A stretch of DNA of 64,000 bases from Candidatus Woesearchaeota archaeon. GTDB lineage: Archaea; Nanobdellota; Nanobdellia; Woesearchaeales; GW2011-AR9. The DNA is taken from NCBI GenBank assembly GCA_018664115.1, contig JABJOX010000004.1, forward strand, positions 10,089 to 74,088. Direction: 5' to 3'. Shown one piece after another: positions 18,896 to 27,700 of this stretch. The notes beneath the pieces are model-generated. The model saw nothing but the letters and a program-made list of their open reading frames with translations. It was not told where the DNA came from and did not search any database. Within the stretch, counting starts at the first letter, position 1. The number at the start of each line of letters is the position of its first letter. Position numbers and translations under genes: made by a program.

Positions 18896-19615
18896 ATGGA
18901 TCAAAAAAAACATATTATAACTATAGATGGTTCAGGTTGGACTGGCAAATCTTCTACTGCAAAAGCATTAGCAAGAATTCTTAACTTTAAGCATATTAAT
19001 ACAGGCTCAATGTTTAGGGCTGTAGCTTGGAAAGCAAAACAATTAGGTGTTTTATTAGAAGACAATCAGGAAATAATAAAAATTACTAAAAATATGGTGA
19101 TTAACTTTAGAATAGAAAATAATTCTCAGCAGATTTTTGTTGATGGAGAAAATATAACTGCATTTTTATTATCTTCTTCATTGGTACCTTTAGCAGGAAA
19201 AGTTGCTCAAATTCCCGAAGTAAGAAAAGTTCTTTTGGAGCTTCAAAGGAAAATGGCAAAGGAAGGAAATGCTATCTTCGAAGGAAGAGACATGGGAACA
19301 GTTGTTTTTCCTAATGCTGATTGGAAATTTTATCTTGAAGCGTCTGTGCCTATTAAGATTAAAAGATTTCTGAAGATGCTTTCAAATGAAGAAAAAAATA
19401 AATATACTCTTGAAGAAGTAAAAAAGATAATAGAAGAAACAGACGAAAAGGATAAAAATAGAGAATTTGCTCCATTAAGAAAACCAAACAACGCAATCTT
19501 TTATGATAATAGTGAAAGTCCAACCCCTGAACAAGATGCAATTGTATTATGGTATTATATCACCCATCAAAAAGAAATTATTGATAATGCTTTAATTTTA
19601 CAATCTAGATTATGA
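18896..19615 (+). CDS. cmk: Cytidylate kinase (bacterial-type CMP kinase)
   Basis: ITIDGSGWTGKSSTAKALARILNFKHINTGSMFRAVAWKA. This matches the Cmk N-terminus pattern IDGPxGxGKxT...LDTGAMYRAVA. Confidence 0.75.
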   Translation: MDQKKHIITIDGSGWTGKSSTAKALARILNFKHINTGSMFRAVAWKAKQLGVLLEDNQEIIKITKNMVINFRIENNSQQIFVDGENITAFLLSSSLVPLAGKVAQIPEVRKVLLELQRKMAKEGNAIFEGRDMGTVVFPNADWKFYLEASVPIKIKRFLKMLSNEEKNKYTLEEVKKIIEETDEKDKNREFAPLRKPNNAIFYDNSESPTPEQDAIVLWYYITHQKEIIDNALILQSRL

Positions 19616-20328
19616 ATGAAACAAAAACATTAACAACAAAAGAACTTAGAGTTAAAGGAAGAAAAAAATGCTGGAGTCCATCCCAACGTTTTTGGATGGA
19701 AGTTTCTCTTTATTTAACTACACCGTTCTTAAGAACTTCCATTACTCCTAATATGATTACTGTTACTTGGATTATTTTAGAGATTTTTGCATTTTATCTT
19801 TTTACTTTGGGCGAATATTGGATTAATGTTCTAGCTGTAATTTTGTTCAATTTTATTGCATTAATTGGGGATCATATTGATGGTAATCTTGCAAGGATGA
19901 AAGAAAAGTTCAGTTTACTGGGACCTTATTTAGAGCAGTTAGGAATTTTCTTTGGTACACCTTTAATTTTTCTAGGATTAGCGATTGGAAATTATTTTCG
20001 TTATCAAAATTTTCTTTTTTTAATAATTAGTCTTGTAGGGGTATTGTTTTGGCTCTTTGAGAAGATTATTAGAATAAATCCTGTTTGGTTCAGTGAGAGG
20101 CAAGAAGAAATAGTAAAGAAGTTTTACGTTAAAGCATCATTTAGATCCGCTTCAAAGACAAGAATATTTTTTGAGATATTTCGTAGAGGGCAACCTTTTA
20201 ATTTCCTTTTCTTTTGTGTTGTTTTTGATTATACTCAACTTGCATCTTTGGTATATTCTTTTCTTTTCCTTTTTGAGTTTTGTAGAAAACTTTATATTAA
20301 TATAAAGAATCTAAATAAAAAAGTGTAA
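19612..20328 (+). CDS. CDP-alcohol phosphatidyltransferase-like integral membrane protein (divergent motif)
   Basis: GDHIDGNLAR...LLGPYLEQLG fits the D-x2-D-G-x2-A-R part of the CDP-OH phosphotransferase signature. Multi-TM, 238 aa, ATGA overlap with cmk. Confidence 0.5.
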   Translation: MNETKTLTTKELRVKGRKKCWSPSQRFWMEVSLYLTTPFLRTSITPNMITVTWIILEIFAFYLFTLGEYWINVLAVILFNFIALIGDHIDGNLARMKEKFSLLGPYLEQLGIFFGTPLIFLGLAIGNYFRYQNFLFLIISLVGVLFWLFEKIIRINPVWFSERQEEIVKKFYVKASFRSASKTRIFFEIFRRGQPFNFLFFCVVFDYTQLASLVYSFLFLFEFCRKLYINIKNLNKKV

Positions 20329-20385
20329 AGATGCATGATTTGAATTCTAACTTTTTCTTTTATAATATCTCAAAAAAATTTATCA

Positions 20386-21108
20386 TTAAAAATCGTCTAC
20401 TTGTGAAAATACAGATTTTTCATTAGCAATATATTGGGTAATTATTTTTCTTACTAGTTCTAGAAAAAAGAATAAAGTATAGAGGATTAATGTGTAGTTT
20501 GGGTATCCAAAAACAACTCCCCAAAACAAAATATTGAAAAAGTGTTCTAGTCTAAATAGGGCAAAAACATTATAAATTAGTTTATGTTGGAATCTTAAAA
20601 GAGACTTTTTCCCAGTATCACTAATTAAGTTTCTTTGTTCTTTTGGATACCACATTGGATTAAGCGTTATTGCTTTATTCAGTAAAAAGAATATTACTGC
20701 TAAGATTCCGTAGAGCAAGTAAATTGCATTATTATACCACCGAAATACTCCAATTGAAAATGTAAGTAATAAAATTGAGTTGGCAAGATAGTGACCAAGC
20801 TGATCAAGGTAAATTCCATTAATGGAAAATTGTTTTCTATAACGGGCAACAATGCCATCACTACAATCTATAATAAAGAATGCTTGAAAAAATATAAGGG
20901 AGATAATCATAGTTAATTGATCTCCTGTTGCTAGAAATAATGCCGAAATTATTTGTCCAATAATCCATATTATTGTAATTTGATTCGGAGTTAAAGGAGT
21001 ATAAAGAAATAACTTTGCTGGATAATAAGCTAAATTATTCATCAACCGATAAATTGGGTCTCCTCTCTTTGCATTTGCTTTTTCTTTAAGCTCACGAATC
21101 GTCGGCAT
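20386..21108 (-). CDS. CDP-alcohol phosphatidyltransferase-like integral membrane protein (paralog, convergent)
   Basis: IIDCSDGIVARYRKQFSINGIYLDQLG gives D-x2-D-G-x2-A-R...G-x3-D. Multi-TM, 240 aa. Confidence 0.55.
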   Translation of the reverse strand: MPTIRELKEKANAKRGDPIYRLMNNLAYYPAKLFLYTPLTPNQITIIWIIGQIISALFLATGDQLTMIISLIFFQAFFIIDCSDGIVARYRKQFSINGIYLDQLGHYLANSILLLTFSIGVFRWYNNAIYLLYGILAVIFFLLNKAITLNPMWYPKEQRNLISDTGKKSLLRFQHKLIYNVFALFRLEHFFNILFWGVVFGYPNYTLILYTLFFFLELVRKIITQYIANEKSVFSQVDDF

Positions 21109-21176
21109 TTTTATATGTTTATTGCTTTCTTTTAAATATTTTCCGAAATAAGGAACATTTTTTAGAGTAAATTAAT

Positions 21177-23978
21177 TTATTGTCCTTTTAAGAATAATAT
21201 TAATTGATTAACACTTTCATTTAAACTAATTTGTTGGGTTTCTAACTTTATGTCTGGACTATCTGGAATTTCATAAGGATTACTTTCTGCAACACCAATA
21301 AAATTATTAATTTCTCCGGCTAATGCTTTTTTGTAAAGTCCTTTCGTATCCCGCCTGATACATTCATCTAAGGAAGCATTGATGAATAGTTCTTTGAAGT
21401 TTTCTCCAACAATTAAACGGACCATCGTCCGATCTTCTTTGTAAGGAGAAATTATTGGTACTAAAACAAAATCATTATTTGCTGCTCTTTCTTTAGCTAA
21501 TTCCGCAATCAAACGATTATTTTCTCTTATATCCTCTCTAGAGAATCCAAGATCTTTGTGTAACGTATCTCTAACAACATCACCATCAAGAATTTCAACT
21601 TTATTTCCAAGACTTTCAAGTTTCTTTTTAAGTTCTAAAGCAATTGTTGTCTTTCCAGATCCAGACAAGCCTGTAAACCAGATTACTTTTCCTTCTTTGT
21701 TAGATATGTTATTTATTTTATTATATTCATTATTTTCATTTGGCTCAACTTTCTTCATTTCTTCTCTAACAAAAACTTCTTCTCCATTTTTAATACTTTC
21801 AACAATTAAACTGGAGACTTCTGGACGCATAAACCACTCTGGTGGAACTTGACCCAATTCAAATCTTTTTCTTGCTTCTGTTCCACTAATATGAAGCGGT
21901 TCTAACTCTTCGCCACTCTCCGTTTCTTTTTCGTGGACATGATGATTCAATTTATCCGAGTAGAATACTTTTCCATATTTTATAGGCTTAATCCCGATTT
22001 CAGGAAACTTATCAAAGATTTGATGCGAAGCATTAGGATGGTAGTAATCGCCTACACCTGTATGATCTCTCCCAACAATAAAATGGCTACACCCAAAATT
22101 TTTCCTGCAGAGAGCAGTAAATATAGCTTCTCTGGGACCAGCATAACGTGAGAATGTTGAAAATGTTGAAAATACTACTTTATTTTTTGGATAAATATTT
22201 TTCATCATTTCTTCATAACTTTTAATTATAAATTTAGAATTATAATCCCCAACTTTCTTTTTCCCAATAATGGGGTGAACAAATAATCCATCACAATTTT
22301 CTTTTTTCATTGCATCTAATTGAATGAACTCATGACCGCGATGAATAACATTTCTAGTATGGAAACCCACTATTTTAACCCACCCTCGATCTTCAAATAA
22401 TTTTCTGACTTGCTTTGGAGTTAGTTCATATTCTTTATGTTCAGATTCTCTTCTTTTAATCAAATTAATTTTTCCTCCAAGCAAAACAGGTTTCATATTA
22501 AAGACTATTTTTGCCCCAGGATGATTTTTATCATCAGTACAATACAATTTACTGATTACTTCTTCTTTATCATAATTATACTTTTCTTTAACTTTCATCG
22601 TTGCAACAATTTCATTCTTATCATTGGTTAAAATAATAGTTTCATCTAAATCAATTTGACTAGCAATCTCTTCAGAAACATCTAAAGTTACTGGTAATGG
22701 CCATACAACCCCATTTTTAAGTTTCATATGATCTAAGATCCCTTGAAAATCTTCTTTACCCATAAAACCTTCAATCGGACTAAATGTCCCAATAGCTATC
22801 TGTTCTACATCCATTAATTGTTCAGCATTCAATTTAATCTTTTTTAAAGAGTTTACATTTTCTGGAATCTCTTTGACAAATCTTTCAACTAATTTTCCTC
22901 CGTGTGGTTCAATTAAAGAACTAGTTTGAGAATTATCAGAGAGGTATTCATGATGGCTAATATTCTCAATATCATCGACATACTTTGAATGTTCAATCAG
23001 TTTATTTAACATATTAACACATTCCATTGGGTTTTCACCAATGGCTGTTTCTGCAGAAAGGATTAACCCACTTGCTCCGTCAATTATTGTATTTATTACA
23101 TCATTAACTTCTGCCCTAGTTGGTTTTTTATTAACAATCATAGATTCTAAAAGATTAGTTGCAATATATACAGGAGTATTTCTTTCTTTGGCTTTTTTAA
23201 GAATAATCTTTTGAATCAGAGGTATTTTTTCAATGGGGACTTCTTTACTCATATCTCCCCGATCCATCAATACAGCATCAGATTTCTCAATAATTTTATC
23301 AATGTCATGTAGTGATTCTTCTGCTTCAACTTTAGAAATAATATACATAGCATTATTAGTTACTTTCCTAACTTCATCAAGATCTTGGCTTTTTCTGACA
23401 AAGGACAAAGCTAAATGGCCAATCCCCTCTTCTAGCCCAATATTGATTGATTGTTTATCCTTTTCAGATAATACTGGTAAATGATAAACTTTATTGTTTC
23501 CAGGACTAACAATTACTGCTTTATTGTTTCCTAAATTACCTTCAGTCATTATTCTTGCAGAAATGTATCCCTCTTTAATAGTTGAAATATCAGAAATTTT
23601 AAGTATTAATGTATCAAAATCTACAAAAAGTAAATCACCTGTCTCTAATTGTTCTAAAATGTGCCCTGGAGTTAAACAGATCTCTTTTTTGTTTCCTATA
23701 ATTTTATTGCCATAAATTTTAATAATCTCGCCTTCATTATAATGGATGATTTTCTCCTCTAAATCACCAGTTCTTATTTGTGACCCCTCTGTATCAATAA
23801 TAAATGGAATATCAACTTTCTTTGCAATTTTAATGAAATATCTCAAGTCTTCAATACTAGAATGAGACATATTAATTCTAACAAAATCTACGCCCTTATC
23901 TTTTATTTTTTTCAAATCTTCTTCAGTATTTGTTGCTGGACCTAAAGTAACAATAATCTTAACATTTTTTTCTTCCAC
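21177..23978 (-). CDS. Tri-domain protein: pyruvate-kinase-like TIM-barrel domain + ATP sulfurylase + APS kinase (PAPS synthase with N-terminal PK-like module)
   Basis: N-terminal: KIIVTLGPATNT...VRINMSHSS...DTEGSQIRTG...ISKVEAEES...MDRGDMS...IATNLLESM (PK barrel motifs, no C-terminal regulatory domain). Middle: LIEPHGGKLV...GFHTRNVIHRGHE...GRDHTGVG...ISGTEARK (ATP sulfurylase). C-terminal: VIWFTGLSGSGKTTIA...ILDGDVVR (APS kinase P-loop). Confidence 0.85.
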   Translation of the reverse strand: MEEKNVKIIVTLGPATNTEEDLKKIKDKGVDFVRINMSHSSIEDLRYFIKIAKKVDIPFIIDTEGSQIRTGDLEEKIIHYNEGEIIKIYGNKIIGNKKEICLTPGHILEQLETGDLLFVDFDTLILKISDISTIKEGYISARIMTEGNLGNNKAVIVSPGNNKVYHLPVLSEKDKQSINIGLEEGIGHLALSFVRKSQDLDEVRKVTNNAMYIISKVEAEESLHDIDKIIEKSDAVLMDRGDMSKEVPIEKIPLIQKIILKKAKERNTPVYIATNLLESMIVNKKPTRAEVNDVINTIIDGASGLILSAETAIGENPMECVNMLNKLIEHSKYVDDIENISHHEYLSDNSQTSSLIEPHGGKLVERFVKEIPENVNSLKKIKLNAEQLMDVEQIAIGTFSPIEGFMGKEDFQGILDHMKLKNGVVWPLPVTLDVSEEIASQIDLDETIILTNDKNEIVATMKVKEKYNYDKEEVISKLYCTDDKNHPGAKIVFNMKPVLLGGKINLIKRRESEHKEYELTPKQVRKLFEDRGWVKIVGFHTRNVIHRGHEFIQLDAMKKENCDGLFVHPIIGKKKVGDYNSKFIIKSYEEMMKNIYPKNKVVFSTFSTFSRYAGPREAIFTALCRKNFGCSHFIVGRDHTGVGDYYHPNASHQIFDKFPEIGIKPIKYGKVFYSDKLNHHVHEKETESGEELEPLHISGTEARKRFELGQVPPEWFMRPEVSSLIVESIKNGEEVFVREEMKKVEPNENNEYNKINNISNKEGKVIWFTGLSGSGKTTIALELKKKLESLGNKVEILDGDVVRDTLHKDLGFSREDIRENNRLIAELAKERAANNDFVLVPIISPYKEDRTMVRLIVGENFKELFINASLDECIRRDTKGLYKKALAGEINNFIGVAESNPYEIPDSPDIKLETQQISLNESVNQLILFLKGQ

Positions 23979-24092
23979 TTTTTTCCCTCTTAATTAGTAT
24001 TAAAATTCAGTGAAGAATTAGTTTAAAAACATTATGGAAGATAAGAATCAAAGATAGATTGCTCTGGTTTTTTTTATTTTCCTCCATTTTTT

Positions 24093-24794
24093 TCACTTCT
24101 CCCAAAACAATTCTCTATTTACAAAAGCTCTCACTAATTTATCATTAAAAGCAGTATCACCTAATTTTATTCTTTCTGGGTGCCAAGTTACTGCTGCAAT
24201 TGGATAATCCGGATGATAAGCAGCTTCTATTGTTTCATCACTAGAACAGACAGCAAACGCTTTTAATTGCGAAGATAATATTTCGGGAAGAATTGCTTGG
24301 TTATGATAGGAATTCACTAAAACTTTTTCCAAGCCAAAAAATTTTTTAGTTTGATCATCAGTTAAAATAACCTCATGTTCGGCGGCCACATGTTTAACTT
24401 GGCTGTTTGTTTCATCTTTTATACTTTGTAATAAACTACCAGCAAAATGAACATTAAGATAATGTAACCCCCGACAAATACCTAAGATAGGAAGTTTTTT
24501 TTCAATTGCGTAATCGACAATTGCTTTCTCAGTTCTCTCCCGATCTAATGACCATTTGTTAGGAAATTTCATTTCTTGTCCGTACAAGCTGGGATGGACT
24601 CCGTTACCTCCGGTTAGAATTACACCTTCAACACCTAACTCTTCTAAATATTCTGCTGGATTTTCTAAAGAATTAGGAATTGGCACTAAAGTAATTCCAA
24701 ATTTAGGATAATATTGAGTATATTCTGTTTCCAGGATATCAACTGTTCCACCATATTCTGTTTCCAGTTGTTTTGTAGTAATTGCAACTCTCAT
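24093..24794 (-). CDS. Class-I glutamine amidotransferase-like / peptidase C26 (gamma-glutamyl hydrolase-like)
   Basis: KKLPILGICRGLHYLNV (Cys nucleophile) and NSYHNQAI (His). Paralog of 9671-10378. Start is 2 nt after the stop of the 1515-aa gene. Confidence 0.7.
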   Translation of the reverse strand: MRVAITTKQLETEYGGTVDILETEYTQYYPKFGITLVPIPNSLENPAEYLEELGVEGVILTGGNGVHPSLYGQEMKFPNKWSLDRERTEKAIVDYAIEKKLPILGICRGLHYLNVHFAGSLLQSIKDETNSQVKHVAAEHEVILTDDQTKKFFGLEKVLVNSYHNQAILPEILSSQLKAFAVCSSDETIEAAYHPDYPIAAVTWHPERIKLGDTAFNDKLVRAFVNRELFWEK

Positions 24795-24795
24795 T

Positions 24796-27700
24796 TTAAT
24801 CTAATAAGTTCAAATCAATAAACTTTTTAATTTCTCCGTTTTCAGTCCATTTAAGTGCATTTTCATAATCTTCATTTGTGTCAAATTCCATCCATCCCCG
24901 TTGAATCTTATTAGCCATTACTGTCCATCCATTATCAATCCAACTTTGAAGAAGATTAGTCATATTAATTTTTCTTACTGGCTTCCCATCAATTAAAGGT
25001 GTATCCCAATGTGAAGCTTTGATTTTCCTCCAGTGTTCCAAGACTTTTGGAACAAAATTTTTAGAGATGAAAGTTAAACTTGCATCTCTGCCATGTAATC
25101 TAGCTTCGTCAATAACATTTTCCTCTCCAATCTCAATAATAGAACCGTCTGGATTTAAAGTACAAGATTCAGAATCTTCTTTCCAATCACCATTACGGGC
25201 GGTCCAATAATCTTTATAATCAACATCAATTGCCTTACTAAGACTGAAATTTTCTTCCATAATTTGTTTAATAACTTTTGGTTCATGAATTGTGTCTGCG
25301 TAAGCAATTAATATGTCGCTACTGCCATCAAATTCTGCTTCTGCACAGAACAAAGAAGCAACCATATTTGTATTTTCCCAATCAGGATTATTATAATATT
25401 TAATTCCTGGGAAATTTATCTTTTCTGCGTTGAAACCGCGGACAATAGAGATATCAGTAAGGCCGGCTTTTTGAAATGTTTCAATTTGTCTTTGGAGAAG
25501 CGGTTTTCCTGCTAAAGGCAGTAATCCTTTCGGAAGAATTTCTGTATATTTATGTAATCTAGAACCTCGTCCAGCAGCCAAAATTATTACTTTCATTTTT
25601 TTATTCTTTAGTGTTTCATTTTCTTTATCTTCTTTTTTTTCATTACCTTTCAAAGTAGTAATCGGTCTAACCTGCAATAAATGTAGTTCATTATTATAAT
25701 AACACCATTCGCATTCAATTTCTTTGCCATAATCTTGCCGTAAACTTTCTCCTAATTGAACTAACTCTTTAATCTCATCTTCGTTAAGCACTCTGCCAGT
25801 CTTTTTAGAAACTTCTAATGACCCATCCATAATATAGGAGTAAGCTTCCCTTTCTTCATTAATTATATTAGCTTCAATTTCACTCCCATTGATAAAATAT
25901 TGATCAGGTTTGACTTTACCGGATACCACCGATTCACCAACACCAAAATTTGCATCAATCCAAATTCCTTCTTTCAAACTATCGCTAGGGTTTTGTGAGA
26001 ACAAAACCCCTGCTTTTTCACTTTGCAGAAATTCTTGTATAACAACAGAAATGTAAAACTTTTCTTGACTTATTCCTGATTGGTGAGCATAAAGCAAAAC
26101 ATTTTCTTTAAATGCAGAAGCAATACATTCTTTAATTGCTGAAAACAAGCTTTTTTCTTCTATTCCTAAGAGGGTCTTGAATTGGCCAGCAAAACTTGCT
26201 TTACTAGAATCTTCACTAGAGGCTGAACTTCTTACTGCTACCGCTTTTGTGTTTAATTGTTTAAACTGACCCAAAACTTCATTCTTGAATTCGTCGCTAA
26301 ATTGATAATCATTCACAAACTTTCGTAATGCTTTTAATTTTTCTTGTGATTGTTCTGGATAATTAAAATCAATGATGTAATCTTCTTTGTCGTTTAAGAA
26401 TGAATTAATAATTTGGTCATAAGCTCTTCTTGTTACGCTAAACGCTTTTGGAACATTATATCTCATCGAACATTTGGCAAGATTCTTTCCTTTCCCCCCT
26501 ACCAAAGAATATTCCTCTTCATTTATCTCATTTAGACTTGATGTGTATGGGATGCTTCTTAGAAAAAGACTTTTTTTAATTGTTATGAGGGGTTCTTTTT
26601 TATCTTCTGTTTTCTTTAAATCTATACCCTGAATATTTTTGGCTTTAAATTCTTCTGTTTCTCTTTTAGTTAATTTTCTAACAAATTTGTTATAAGTATC
26701 CACTTCAATAAAATCTCCTGTTTTAAAGAAACGTGTTGAGATTCTCGTTCCAACTAAACAAGGGATATTTAATTCTCTGGAAATAATTGCTGCGTGGCTG
26801 GTTATTCCACCTTCATCTGTAATTATTCCTTTAGTTTTGTGAAGAATGGAAACCATTGCTGGATGAGTCATTGTTGTAATATAAATGTCATCAGAGGTCA
26901 TTTCTTTTTTTGTTTTCATTAGCGATTTAATACTATCATCAGTTACTACTAAAGCTCTCCCTTTAACTCTTCCTAAATTTCCGACATCTCCACTTAACCC
27001 TTTAAGATTTTCTGGGATAGTATTAACTTCTTTTGAGTATTTTGGAATAAAGCTATACTCGGTAGATTCTGGGGATATTTCTATGTTAAAATATTGTAAT
27101 CTTTTCTTAACTTCTTCAGGAGTTAGTTTCTTATTTTCTTCTAAGAAATCTTTAACATCTTTTATCCTATAAGAAAACAAAAAGTCTTCAATATTCAGCT
27201 CTAATCTTTTTGCTATCTCTTTGAATAAACCTAAGAATAATAATTCATAACCTGCCCAGATATTTTTATTCTCTAACCTTATCAAAGCAATCTCTTGTAG
27301 ATAAAGGCATAGTTCTTTTAGTTTATTTGAACTTTGTCTGGCAAGACATTCTTCCTGTTTTTGCTTTAGAATCTTGCTTTCATTTATTGTTTTATTAATT
27401 TCATTTTCTAATTCTTGTGCATTAGTCTCGGAAATTTCGTTTTCTAAAAATTGATTGATAATTTCCCATGAATATGTGTTGATAAATCTCCAAGAATATT
27501 TTAATGCATACTCTTTAATGGCTTTTGGACCAACATTTATTTCCCTAATCAGTTTTAATTTGTCTTTTTTTTCTTTCAAAAATAAATCTTCTTTTGTTGG
27601 TGTTGTTAATAATTGTAATAACTCTTCTTTATTATCTGCAATAATCAAGGAAAGAATTCTGTCTTTTACTGCTTTTGTTGGTTCTTCTCGAGAGTATGGA

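Noticed and set aside
21556-23715. Several 60-100 aa plus-strand ORFs antisense to the PK-Sat-CysC gene, and similar antisense ORFs inside the 1515-aa gene (25019-28837)
   Set aside because: They are embedded antisense in long, motif-rich genes and have low-complexity composition. They are expected by chance in AT-rich DNA.
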